A DNA stretch of 64,000 nucleotides from Octopus sinensis (taxonomy: Eukaryota), in assembly GCF_006345805.1 (NCBI RefSeq), contig NC_043025.1:3348001-3412000 (forward strand), given 5' to 3'. Shown here one piece after another: positions 26,053 through 38,199 of the stretch. Made by a program: the position numbers and the translations under genes. A model generated the notes under the pieces. The model had not been told where the DNA came from. It did no database searches and saw only the letters and a program-made list of their open reading frames with translations. Position 1 is the stretch's first letter. Each line of letters begins with the position of its first letter.

Positions 26053-28805
26053 TTTAACAATTAAGGATAATCTCTTAATAAGGGATCTTAACAAGAAATT
26101 ATCGGGTAGCTAGCGTGAAAACCTCGTAAAAGAAAAGAATTCGAAAATAATTTTTTTCTTTTGAACAAATTAATTATATCTATATTGTATAGAGGGCATT
26201 ATTACACATAAATGTCTCACACTAGGAGGGACAAAGTCATTACTACCAAAATTATACTAATCATACCCAAATGCAGTTTTTCAAAGCAAGACATTTAAAA
26301 AAATGAATTTAGTTCTGTATCACCGTGATTTCACATTCAACTTTACGTCTAATGATCGTCAGCAGAACTGATTCTGAATACATCATAAATAAATTACCAA
26401 CCTTACGTAGCGAAGACAAACAGACAACTGCTCACTCCGGCCAAGCACATGGAATGTTTATAAATCATATATCCGGTAAATGGCGGGCGGGCTTTTTTAC
26501 GAACTGCATGTCGGGTAATGAAAAGTATTTCGGAATAAGTTTAACAATTAAGGATAATCTCTTAATAAGGGATCTTAACAAGAAATTATCGGTAGTAGCT
26601 AGCGTGAAAACCTCGTAAAAGAAAAGAATTCGAAAATAATTTTTTTCTTTTGAAAAAATTAATTATATCTATATTGTATAGAGGCATTATTACACATAAA
26701 TGCCTCACACTAGGAGGGACAAAGTCATTACTACCAAAATTATACTAATCATACCCAAATGCAGTTTTTCAAAGCAAGACATTTAAAAAAATGAATTTAG
26801 TTCTGTATCACCGTGATTTCACATTCAACTTTACGTCTAATGATCGTCAGCAGAACTGATTCTGAATACATCATAAATAAACTACCAACCTTACGTAGCG
26901 AAGACAAACAGACAACTGCTCACTCCGGCCAAGCACATGGAATGTTTATAAATCATATATCCGGTAAATGGCGGGCTTTTTTACGAACTGCATGTCGGGT
27001 AATGAAAAGTATTTCGGAATAAGTTTACAATTAAGGATAATCTCTTAATAAGGGATCTTAACAAGAAATTATCGGGTAGCTAGCGTGAAAACCTCGTAAA
27101 AGAAAAGAATTCGAAAATAATTTTTTTCTTTTGAACAAATTAATTATATCTATATTGTATAGAGGGCATTATTACACATAAATGCCTCACACTAGGAGGG
27201 ACAAAGTGATTACTACCAAAATTATACTAATCATACCCAAATGCAGTTTTTCAAAGCAAGACATTTAAAAAAATGAATTTAGTTCTGTATCACCGTGATT
27301 TCACATTCAACTTTACGTCTAATGATCGTCAGCAGAACTGATTCTGAATACATCATAAATAAACTACCAACCTTACGTAGCGAAGACAAACAGACAACTG
27401 CTCACTCCGGCCAAGCACATGGAATGTTTATAAATCATATATCCGGTAAATGGCGGGCTTTTTTACGAACTGCATGTCGGGTAATGAAAAGTATTTCGGA
27501 ATAAGTTTAACAATTAAGGATAATCTCTTAATAAGGGATCTTAACAAGAAATTATCGGGTAGCTAGCGTGAAAACCTCGTAAAAGAAAAGAATTCGAAAA
27601 TAATTTTTTTCTTTTGAACAAATTAATTATATCTATATTGTATAGAGGGCATTATTACACATAAATGCCTCACACTAGGAGGGACAAAGTCATTACTACC
27701 AAAATTATACTAATCATACCCAAATGCAGTTTTTCAAAGCAAGACATTTAAAAAAATGAATTTAGTTCTGTATCACCGTGATTTCACATTCAACTTTACG
27801 TCTAATGATCGTCAGCAGAACTGATTCTGAATACATCATAAATAAACTACCAACCTTACGTAGCGAAGACAAACAGACAACTGCTCACTCCGGCCAAGCA
27901 CATGGAATGTTTATAAATCATATATCCGGTAAATGGCGGGCTTTTTTACGAACTGCATGTCGGGTAATGAAAAGTATTCGGAATAAGTTTAACAATTAAG
28001 GATAATCTCTTAATAAGGGATCTTAACAAGAAATTATCGGGTAGCTAGCGTGAAAACCTCGTAAAAGAAAAGAATTCGAAAATAATTTTTTTCTTTTGAA
28101 CAAATTAATTATATCTATATTGTATAGAGGGCATTATTACACATAAATGCCTCACACTAGGAGGGACAAATCATTACTACCAAAATTATACTAATCATAC
28201 CCAAATGCAGTTTTTCAAAGCAAGACATTTAAAAAAATGAATTTAGTTCTGTATCACCGTGATTTCACATTCAACTTTACGTCTAATGATCGTCAGCAGA
28301 ACTGATTCTGAATACATCATAAATAAATACCAACCTTACGTAGCGAAGACAAACAGACAACTGCTCACTCCGGCCAAGCACATGGATGTTTATAAATCAT
28401 ATATCCGGTAAATGGCGGGCTTTTTTACGAACTGCATGTCGGGTAATGAAAAGTATTTCGGAATAAGTTTAACAATTAAGGATAATCTCTTAATAAGGGA
28501 TCTTAACAAGAAATTATCGGGTAGCTAGCGTGAAAACCTCGTAAAAGAAAAGAATTCGAAAATAATTTTTTTCTTTTGAACAAATTAATTATATCTATAT
28601 TGTATAGAGGGCATTATTACACATAAATGCCTCAAACTAGGAGGGACAAAGTCATTACTACCAAAATTATACTAATCATACCCAAATGCAGTTTTTCAAA
28701 GCAAGACATTTAAAAAAATGAATTTAGTTCTGTATCACCGTGATTTCACATTCAACTTTACGTCTAATGATCGTCAGCAGAACTGATTCTGAATACATCA
28801 TAAAT
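26051..28805 (-). repeat. Tandem array of ~482-bp units (starts 26051, 26538, 27022, 27504, 27986, 28466 partial), flanked by (TA)n; retrozyme-like
   Basis: Units differ mainly by 1-4 nt indels; no recognisable coding; one hammerhead motif per unit on the minus strand. Confidence 0.95.
26311..26369 (-). ncRNA. Type I hammerhead motif, unit 1 (same motif at 26799-26857, 27281-27339, 27764-27822, 28245-28303, 28726-28784)
   Basis: AGUUCUG-CUGACGA-UCAUUAGAC(GUAAA)GUUGAAUGU-GAAA-UCACGGUG-AUA-CAGAACU. Perfect 7-bp stem I, intact CUGANGA and GAAA, AUA triplet; U10.1/U11.1 replaces the usual G-C. Confidence 0.78.
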
Positions 28806-29123
28806 ATATATATATATATTATATCATAAATATATATAATATATATTACATCATAAATATATATAATATATATATTATATGTGTGTGTATAGATTTAGAG
28901 AGAGAGAGATTTCAGTCAGTATGTTTATACGTGTATGTGATTGCCTTTTGCATGATAAAACGCTTTGCCATTTGATTGGCAGAATAAATTTTGTATAGTG
29001 TGGTTCACAAATACAGCATTGTTAAGTATTGCAATATTTAATACATTCGATAAAAATAACTCTGGATTCTTTGGAGCAAAAATAAATGAATTTGAATAAA
29101 AGTGATAAAAAGTTTTTGCTTAC

Positions 29124-29176
29124 TTGCAATATTCAACACTGAAGATTCCTGTCAACGCTGATAAATCGCGTTCAAT
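29124..29176 (-). CDS. Adhesion GPCR-like exon 6: IERDLSALTGIFSVEYC
   Basis: attgcAG|ATT...TGC AA|GTaagc; 53 nt, phase 0-2. Confidence 0.8.
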
Positions 29177-29207
29177 CTGCAATAATCGGTTATATATATA
29201 TATATAT

Positions 29208-29239
<32 letters not shown>

Positions 29240-29261
29240 ATATTATATATATATATATATA

Positions 29262-29302
<41 letters not shown>

Positions 29303-29382
29303 TTCAAATGAATATGGTACTTAACTTAGCTGCACCAGAATCTTTTTATGGTGTTACCCATAAAATTATGTGGGGTGACTAA

Positions 29383-29731
29383 AACCAAAAAATAAGCAAC
29401 AAGAATGGATCAGTAGTTTAGTACAATTGTTTCATACTATAAACATTTTATTAAAGCTGCAAAAATTACAGCAAATATAATGTCAAGTAATCTTCAGCTA
29501 AATCTCATATAGGTTTTCCAAACATTTTAGAGAGTGTAAATATATTTATAAAGTTATAGATGTGAGCTCCAGGAACTTGAAGTAAGATTCCAAACAGGCC
29601 GTATATGTTTTCCAACAATACAAAGTTCTTAAATTATATTTGCTGTAATATTTACAGCTTTAATAAAATGTCTATAGTATGAAACAATTGTACTAAACTA
29701 CCGATCCATTCTTGTTGCTTATTTTTTGGTT
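29383..29731. repeat. Fold-back with 99-bp arms (29383-29481 / 29633-29731) and a ~150-nt spacer
   Basis: AACCAAAAAATAAGCAACAAGAATGGATC... versus ...GATCCATTCTTGTTGCTTATTTTTTGGTT with few mismatches; abuts (TA)n on the right. Confidence 0.9.
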
Positions 29732-29959
29732 ATATATATATATATATATATATATCGTAGTGGTTTTACTTTTTATCTTATATTAAACTTTTAATACTTT
29801 TTGATAGTTATATATATTTTTTTTTAAATAAATAAATATATAAAAAAAATAAAAATAAAAAATAAAAATAAAAATAAAATAATAAAATAATAATAAAAAT
29901 AAAAAAAATAAAAAATATATATATATATATATATGTATGTATATAAATTTAAAATTTAA

Positions 29960-30294
29960 AAATAGGATAAAATCTTCATAAGAAATTATTAGGTAGTTAG
30001 CATGAAAAAATCTCAAGAGAAAAAATCTGTAAATTTTTTCACTTGAAAATAGTTATTTATATTATATAGAGGGCATTATTACACATAAATGCCGCACGCT
30101 AGGAGGAACTTTTAAAGTCAAAACTACCAAAATAAACAAATCGTACCGAATGCAATTTTCGAAGCGAGTCATTTAAAAACAGAATTTAGTTGCAGATCAC
30201 CTATGATTTCGCAATCAACGTATTGGTAGTTTTGACTTTAAAAGCCCCTCCTAGCGTGCGGCATTTATGTGTAATAATGCCCTCTATATAATAT
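29960..30294 (-). mobile_element. Diverged partial copy of the array unit, with inverted duplication (30059-30130 / 30223-30294)
   Basis: Shares AGAGGGCATTATTACACATAAATGCC..AC.CTAGGAGG with the array; 3' half of the hammerhead at 30188-30219. Confidence 0.85.
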
Positions 30295-30614
30295 GTATAA
30301 ATATATATATATATATATATATAAATTTATACGTATAAATTTATAATTAAATTTTTTTTTTAAATTTAAATTTTAATTTAAATAATTTAAATTTTGAATG
30401 TTATATTTTATATGTTATACTTAATATATTTTTTTATATATTTTGTATATTATATTAATTAATTTTATTTCTATGTTTTGGTTTATGTTTTTCACTGTTT
30501 GGTTTGCCTAATAGTGGTTTTATCTCTAATTTAATATATATATTTATACTGTAAAATTAGATTTAATCCTAAATCTAATTTTTCCCTGTAATTTTGGATT
30601 TACTTCCTTAATAT

Positions 30615-30660
<46 letters not shown>

Positions 30661-31233
30661 ATATATCTGTGTGAGTATGTATATATATATGTATATGTAT
30701 ATATATGTATGTATGTATATATATATATATATATATATTATATTAAATTAGATATATATATATATATATATACATACATACCTTTATGTATTTGTTTTAA
30801 AGAGTTTTGATGTAACATTTTTATACATTGGGACATCCATTTTTTGCCAATTAAACACACGCACTATTTATTCGATCTTCACCTAAGCTTTTCTTCGTAT
30901 TAATTCTAGTTTATATGGTTGTGAAACCTCTTTTCTTACACATTCTATTACCTCTTCGGTGACTCCTTGTTCCATGTGTTTCCTCTTGTCCTGCTTTTTT
31001 ACATGTTGCCCTTCTGTGTTATGTTTCTAAGTACCTATTCGTTTATGTCTCTGTGTAGTGTGTGAGACCACGTTGTTCCTGGGGGAGAACTAGCATATCT
31101 CTCTGGGAAAAGTTCAAGTAGGGTATAAAACTTGCTTCCCAATCACATGGCTTTGAGTTCAGTCCCACTGCGTAACATATTGGGCAACGCCTTGTAAGGG
31201 GATGTGGTTGAGAAACTGGAAAGAAGCCTGTCT

Positions 31234-31294
<61 letters not shown>

Positions 31295-31339
31295 AGAGTG
31301 AGAGAGAGTGTGACAAAGAGAAGACAGACATCTACTCAC

Positions 31340-31422
31340 AGATATTGACATTTTTTCTTCAGAGATTTTATATTCGTTGAGATTTTTGAAAACAAGGTGG
31401 AATATAAAGGGAGTGTTCCTGC
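31340..31422 (-). CDS. Adhesion GPCR-like exon 5: (G)RNTPFIFHLVFKNLNEYKISEEKMSIS
   Basis: tttctatAG|GC AGG...TCT|GTgagt; 83 nt, phase 1-0. Confidence 0.82.
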
Positions 31423-32496
31423 CTATAGAAATAAAAGATAATAGCGTTTATAAATAAGACACAAGTCATAGATTCCCACAAACCCACGTACATGGATAAA
31501 ACACATTTCACATACACACAAAGAAAGAAAAGGGAGAATTATGGATGTATAAATGATTTAATTGTATGAAATAACGATGTTGAAATTTTTTTATGAAAAC
31601 AATACAAATAAACTATAAGTTGTAAAGCTCTAAAAGAAATGGTGGATACCAAAAACCTACATATATGTTTCGATTCATACCCCTAGGGGATACGTAATCC
31701 TAAGTATTTGGTCATATGCGAAGAATTGGTATCCTTTTCAATTATATGGAGCAGAATCTCGTCAGGGCTTTAAGAGCTTAGAGAGCAAAGGTTAACACAT
31801 TTCTCGAAAGTATTCACATTACTAATAAGTTTAAGAAGTTAGATCCTATATATCATGCTTACGTATCTAGCTAGTGAGGTACAGATATTAGTAAAAATAC
31901 AATAAAGTAAAATAAAAATAACATAAAAATAAGGGTAAAGAAAGAAGATAAAAAGGATAAAATATAAAAAATCAGTAATAAACAGAAACTGAAGAAAATA
32001 AAAATATAAATGTATGTAATATATATGTATATATATATATATATGTATATAAAAGAAAAAAGAATATATATATATATAAGAAAATAACAATACTTAAATA
32101 TGCAAAGGGAGAATTATATAATAAAATAAATGAAGGATAAGTTAGATCGTAAAATAAATTTTAAAAGACATTTACTAGTCAACCATTCTAGAGCTGTACT
32201 TTTGTGATCCTTTCTAACAATTTGCGTAAGAGTCCCCTATCTGAAAGTTTTAGTTTTCTTCTGGAGCTTTGTTTCGACTAGGAGGGTTTTCCCTCTTTCT
32301 AAAATGCTGTCGTCAATTTCGAGACAGTACTTCTTGATTCACTAAACATTTCGGCTGTTTTCGTTACGCTAAGGCCTACCATACGGACACCAAAAATTTG
32401 ACCTCTTTGACTTCCCTTTTTAACAGCTCATTTATTGGAGCCCTTGCGTTGTATATATTATAGCTAAATTGAAATTCTAATTGGGCCTCTAATTGG

Positions 32497-32838
32497 GTCG
32501 ATAAGGAATGATGTGGGTTGGATGTTGAGAGAAAGAAGGAGGAGGTGGAGGGGGGTAACTCTTTAATCAGACCTAAAGGGTTGATACCTTCTACATTGTC
32601 ACAATACATCTCTAGAATTTATGACCCTACACATGACATACTTTGTATCTTTATATACTTATTTTTTTACATCTTTACTCTTTTTATTACATTTTGTACT
32701 TACTATTATCCTGTATAATCATGTTTAGATTTATACATATACTTTTTCCTCTTTGTGATCCCAACTTCATTAAAGAGTCCCCCCCTCTACCTCCTCCCTC
32801 TTTCTCTCAACATCCAACCCACCTCATTCCTTATCGAC
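32497..32838. repeat. Imperfect fold-back with ~70-bp arms (32497-32570 / 32769-32838)
   Basis: GTCGATAAGGAATGATGTGGGTTGGATGTTGAGAGAAAG... versus ...CTTTCTCTCAACATCCAACCCACCTCATTCCTTATCGAC. Confidence 0.8.
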
Positions 32839-33103
32839 TGAAAAAACGGTATGGACGTTTTGTTTTGGTGTTTCGCTATGCCATATACGACTATGAGGAT
32901 TTACCTTCCCAATGAAACTCGTTTTTTTCCCAAACTTCTTCTCAAACCTGCTATAGTGTAATACATGTCTTTGGTGTGGTAATTGTACGCGGCTGAAGAA
33001 GGCTGTTGACCTACATGTTATATCAATTATGCATTGATATAAATTGCTCGATAAAGCCAGAAACATATGTAGCACAAAATCCTTTGCATCCTGTTTTTTC
33101 TTT

Positions 33104-33168
<65 letters not shown>

Positions 33169-33174
33169 TAGATA

Positions 33175-33207
<33 letters not shown>

Positions 33208-33369
33208 GTGTGTGTGTTTGTGTGGGTGTGCGTGTGGATATACATATATATATATATATATACATAAATTTCCAGGATTCCAGGTGCCGTATCAAATAAT
33301 GGTGGGAAGCTGAATCGACAAAAGATGCAAACAGCTGGCTGGCCAGTAAGTATTATGCAGCCCCCGGAA

Positions 33370-33600
33370 TTCGTTAGAACTGCCCCCTAGAGGGTAACTG
33401 TCTGGCAAAGTCGATAGTATTTAGCATTCATACTGAATCAAATTACAGGAATGAACCTAAAGTATATATTAGGGTAACGGAAGAATCATTCAGACATCAT
33501 TATCATAGACATAAACGATCATTTGTCAACCCCGATAGAATATGCGCTCCTGTTTTGCGGAAGTTCATATGTTCCTTGCGGGAGACAAGACTTCACCAGT
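33370..33600 (+). mobile_element. Decayed PLE GIY-YIG fragment
   Basis: [15 protein letters not shown]...KVYIRVTEESFRHHYHRHKRSFVNP...LRKFICSLRE. Confidence 0.7.
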
Positions 33601-33883
33601 CAAAACTTTCCTGATCGATTGTAAATAGAATGCAACCATACAGGAACGGGAGCTTTAAATAAAAAAAAAATGCTGTGTGACTTTTATCTCGGGGAAAATT
33701 AAAGAAATTTATCTCAAAGCATACGCACATATGTACACGCATGCACACACATTTGCACACACACATGCCACACGCACATGCACACAATAAAATAGCTTCC
33801 TGTATATAAACTATTAATCAATGTTCTTACTAACTATTAAGGTGTAATAACTCAGATGTAGTTAGATAATAAATAACACTTAC

Positions 33884-34067
33884 CAATGATGTCATTCTTG
33901 TTACACAAGTTTCCGACGCAACAACCAGTACAGGAAGTGCCATCCGTCCATTTCTTGCATCTGTGGCTATTGTTTCTCATAGCTTCCACGCATTTTCTGT
34001 ATGTGCTGCAGGACCTTTCAAACCTCAGTGTAACACCATTCATTGATAAAGTCAACCGACAAACAGG
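33884..34067 (-). CDS. Adhesion GPCR-like exon 4 (Ly6/uPAR-like C-part): PVCRLTLSMNGVTLRFERSCSTYRKCVEAMRNNSHRCKKWTDGTSCTGCCVGNLCNKNDII
   Basis: ttcttacAG|CCT...ATT G|GTaagt; 184 nt, phase 0-1; CCxxxxCN terminal motif. Confidence 0.9.
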
Positions 34068-34849
34068 CTGTAAGAATAGATATAACAGTCATATACTACA
34101 ACCACGACATTCACTTGTACGACTACTGCTAACTACAGCAACAACAACAACTACAACGCTGGGGATGTTTACCACGTAAAAGAGTTTAATCATTGTTACA
34201 AAATGTATCCCCAAACAGCAAATAAGACCGAAAATAATTTGCGAGAGTGTTGTAAGATAATAGATTAAGTGATCCCTTTGAAAGTTTATTGATATTTACC
34301 ATTTACAAATAGCATTTCTTGAAATGCTTCATGAATACCAACGCGCCCGGATCACATATAAACATGGCCATCGAATTACAGTCCATATTAAAATCACAAC
34401 TCTTTGTCATAAACCATCAAACTTACAATTAGTGAAATAATCCTTTCTATCATAGACACAAGGTCTGAAATTTTGAGAGGAGAGGACTACTCGATTACAT
34501 ACACCTCAGTGTCTCACTGGAACTTTATTTAGTGACCTCGAAAGGATGAAAGGCAAAGTCGACCTTGGTGGAATTTAAACTCAGAACGTAACGACGGGCA
34601 AAATACCGCTAAGCATCTCGTCCAGTGCTCTCTCGATTCTGCCAGCTCGCCACCTTAAATTCGTCAAATAATTCCAATAAAACACAAAATATCATTCAAT
34701 CCAAGTTTCTTCTCAATCGAGGAATTCACACAGGAATTTCTTTAGCGCAAAATTTACGAAAAAAATAACGCGTGCAAAACTCACCAGGAACGGAAACTAA
34801 TACATCCGCACTGAAAGATGATAATTAAATATAATTGTCAGACTGAACT

Positions 34850-35330
34850 CCTCAAGTCTAGCAAATAAAACAGAAAATGCATAAAATGGACACAAGAGAA
34901 ATATGCTTCTATTCTTCAAGCATAGTTTATAGTCACGAAATGAAAATACAATATACTTGTATAAAATTTGGAGAGAAAATCGCCCAGATCTAAACGTATC
35001 GCACTTCAACAAACAAGTTAACTTAATAAGATAGATTCTGAAAACGAAAAAATACCAGAAATTTAGAAGAAGATAAAAAGGACGATACAAAACGAAAATA
35101 CAATTAATGATCGCAAAAACCTGGTAACAAAAAAAAGCAATGAAAATATCGACCACAAAGTTAGAAATAAGATAACCTTAATTTGAAACTGAAACTTCAA
35201 AAAACAAATAAAGTTGGTGATTTCAAATGAATGAAGTATTAAATAAGGTAATTAAGCTTCAAGAGAACAAAAAAAGATCTGAGAAGAGGACAGACAGTAA
35301 AACAGAAGAGGATGCAACCATGTGCTTATA
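34850..35330 (+). mobile_element. N-terminal remnant of an R4/Dong-type LINE ORF
   Basis: KWTQEKYASILQA...YKIWRENRPDLN...KQVNLIR pattern; stops present. Confidence 0.4.
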
Positions 35331-35649
35331 ACCGGCTCGATTCAATATCAGTTGATGTGAACCATAGCTCTGTGTCGTTTTCAGTCTCTCTTATTGTCTC
35401 ACTTGAGATTCTTTGACCCATGTACTGGAGTATAACTGTGTTGTCCAGGACACGTCTGGCAATTTCAACCCGGGTTTTGGCTGCGTTTTAAACATATAGG
35501 TGTTGTCTTTTCCACTTGAAATAATCCCCAACCAGTTATGTTCTGGAGACTTTGATGAAGTACTTGGTATGAGGGAAGATTTAATCCTCTTCCATCTTTT
35601 CGTTGGCAGGTTTATATATTTCTCTGTTCTCATAACTTTCAATCTCGTC

Positions 35650-37800
35650 TACCAAACAACCTCTTTCGCTAAAGCCACAAGACAAAGAAAAACTATGTTC
35701 TCTGCCCAGTTCCAGGAGAGGGACGGGATATAATCCTTATAGACTCAGCCGTTAGCCAGATCCATTTTACACACGACATTTATTCGATATAACTCTACAA
35801 GTCAGCAATTCCCTGACACTGAACGACTGTGTGCAGAATGGTTTTATCGCTCTGCTCGCATCTCAGAAAAGCTCGAACAGCTAGGGTGCCTTGATAGCAC
35901 TTCCTGAACTGAGGCTTCCGGAAGTTAACCATAGTAGTTCTCGATCCGAAAGTCCTCCTGAACAGAGTAACCAATTTGTTTCCATCGACATCTAAACTTT
36001 CTCGGAGGATACATTCATTCTTCCTTGCTACAAATCCTCTACATTGCTAGAGTGGAGCGTCTACAGATTCAGTTACACAACTACGAGAGGGATAGATTGC
36101 CTGATGACATAATAGATGCAGGGAATCTAATTTTGGTCTTAAGTTCACTGAGGACTGAAGACCATTCAAAGACACGAACCGCGAAAAAACGTGCTTCACG
36201 ATCGGTCTCCACACCCTCAACGCGTGCCTGTGCATTGGCAGCAAGAGCATTCCTAACCCGTCTTTCAGAAGGAGCTGCGCAAAGATAGGCTGTTCGATAA
36301 TCGGAACACTTCTCTTCCACGAAAAGTAAATCCAGTGTAATAGAAGCTGGGACAGGGCATAATGGTCATGTGATAATCAATAAAATAGGTGATAAGACAT
36401 TTCCTCACCACTGCCCGACCCTTCGGAGACAGCTTTATTTCAGCCCATTTCTGATTAAGACTAGCCACGCTGCTCCTTATCTTTTTTCAGTCCTTCTCCA
36501 CCTGGACGTAGGGAGATATCCAGACGCCAAGTAATTTAAGCTGTTCACCGTGCCAGGGTAGCACAACACTTTTCGCCAGCCTCTCCACCTGCCTCTCCAG
36601 ATGCCTAGCTTTATATCTACTCAATTGTCCAAGTTGATCTTAGTGCATGCCACCGTTTCGTATTCTTTTAAAATTGTACCGTTTGTTTTCACTTCGGTAG
36701 TATCCAATACCGTGACAATGGCATCGTCCGCATAAACTGACAAGGACTTTCCAGTTCGAAAGGAACATCTTTGAGCTGGTTCCATCTATCGCTGTTGTGA
36801 CTTAAAACCCGGCACCTACATGTGAGGCGAGAGAGAGGGCAGCCTTCTTTGAGAAAAGGCTGTAAACTTTGACCACCGAGTAGGTGTCGCTGTGCATCGC
36901 AGCAAATAAAAGTGTTGTAAAAATTGTTCGAACTCGGCCGCTTCTTGCATATCGTCCAAGTAAAGAATGTCCACGACCCTAACAAAAGCTATCATTTTTA
37001 CCCATATGTTAAATTCTGAATTTGCAAAAGTTATGGGCCGAAAATTGTATAATGTGTCTCCTTTTCTTAGTGGCATTGCCACTCCAGTCTCACACCACTA
37101 GGAATTCCCCCCGTTCTGCTGCTAGTTGCGATAATTATCTTTTAAGAGTTTCCCAGGCAAATCTGGCATGAATTCGTAAATCTCAGAAAGCAGACCATCT
37201 TAACATGGCAGTTTGTGCCTTCTTCCTTCGCTCATCACCTCCAGTATATGAGCTAGTGTCATCAGCTTCTCACTGGAGCAGGTAGTCCATGGAGGTAGGC
37301 ACTTGAGGTCGCCTATTGTCTCCGAATCATTAGCGGCCCCGAATACTCGACCGTAGCCATACATATCTGTTCTTCGAAACCGAGTACCACGTACCGTTTC
37401 CATCCACCAAAGGCCAAATTGTGGGTGTTTGTTCCCTCGTGTTTTAATGCAGAGACGACTTTTGCTCTGGTAACGCAGTCTTCTTGTTTTCCATTAAAGA
37501 AATGCTCGAGGGCCAAATTCAGCACTAGAATGTTGGTTGCCATGCTTTTACCAAGCACCTCTCCTAATCACCTTTCCACTCTATTCCTCTTTATTGGTAG
37601 CTCTTTTCGAAACACTTTCGATTCTCATCTAATAGGCCCCTTAAGTACGTCCTACCACCGGTTCTTCATGGTTGCTTCTGTCACCTGATGCTTAACTAAT
37701 TCATTAAAACGCTTCCTGTAATCGTTGCGAGCTGGTAGGGACACGTCCAACTTCCAACGACCCTTTTTATATCTAGCGTTCCGAGGTCATTGAACTGAGA
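35650..37800 (-). mobile_element. Decayed L1/Tx1-type LINE ORF2
   Basis: GRWKLDVSL (post-APE motif), DGLLSEIYEFMPDL, KGD...NFRPIT, GCPLSP, YADD and a C-terminal RCEQSDKTILHTVVQC zinc knuckle. Confidence 0.8.
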
Positions 37801-37869
37801 CCTTTGTTTCCGAATTGATTCCTGGTCACATGCATTCATATATCACACTCTAAGTACAACCATGTTTGT

Positions 37870-38140
37870 CAGGCAATGATCACTCATAAGTTCGCGTGTT
37901 CGATTCCTGGACAGGGTGGCACGTTGTGTTCTTAAACAAGGCACCTCATTTCGCTTTGACCCAGTCTTAACTTAAAATGAGTTCCAGTCTAGTGATGGTC
38001 ATCAATCTCTCCCTTCATGTGTCTTATCCTTGCTGTCCCATTGAGTTAAGGATAAAAATACCGAGAGAGTGTCTACGTTTACACTGGCACCTAAAACAAT
38101 TAGCGAGAGCATAGTACAAGCTACCTGGTCACACTGGCTG
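37870..38140 (+). mobile_element. SINE fragment
   Basis: GTGTTCGATTCCTGGACAGGGTGGCACGTTGTGTTCTTAAACAAGGCACCTCATTTC B-box region. Confidence 0.5.
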
Positions 38141-38199
38141 TCGAGTGATGGTTGTAGATATATTTTAATGGAAAAGAAGAAAGTAACATTTCAGTTTAC

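Noticed and set aside
26325-27999. Repeated 69-97 aa plus-strand ORFs (MISHSTLRLMIV...) in the array
   Set aside because: No recognisable motif; they start at a GTG inside the antisense hammerhead and are broken by indels in units 5-6. By-product of the repeat.
26051-28805. CRISPR-like reading of the array
   Set aside because: Units are whole ~482-bp repeats with no unique spacers; eukaryotic context; no cas genes.
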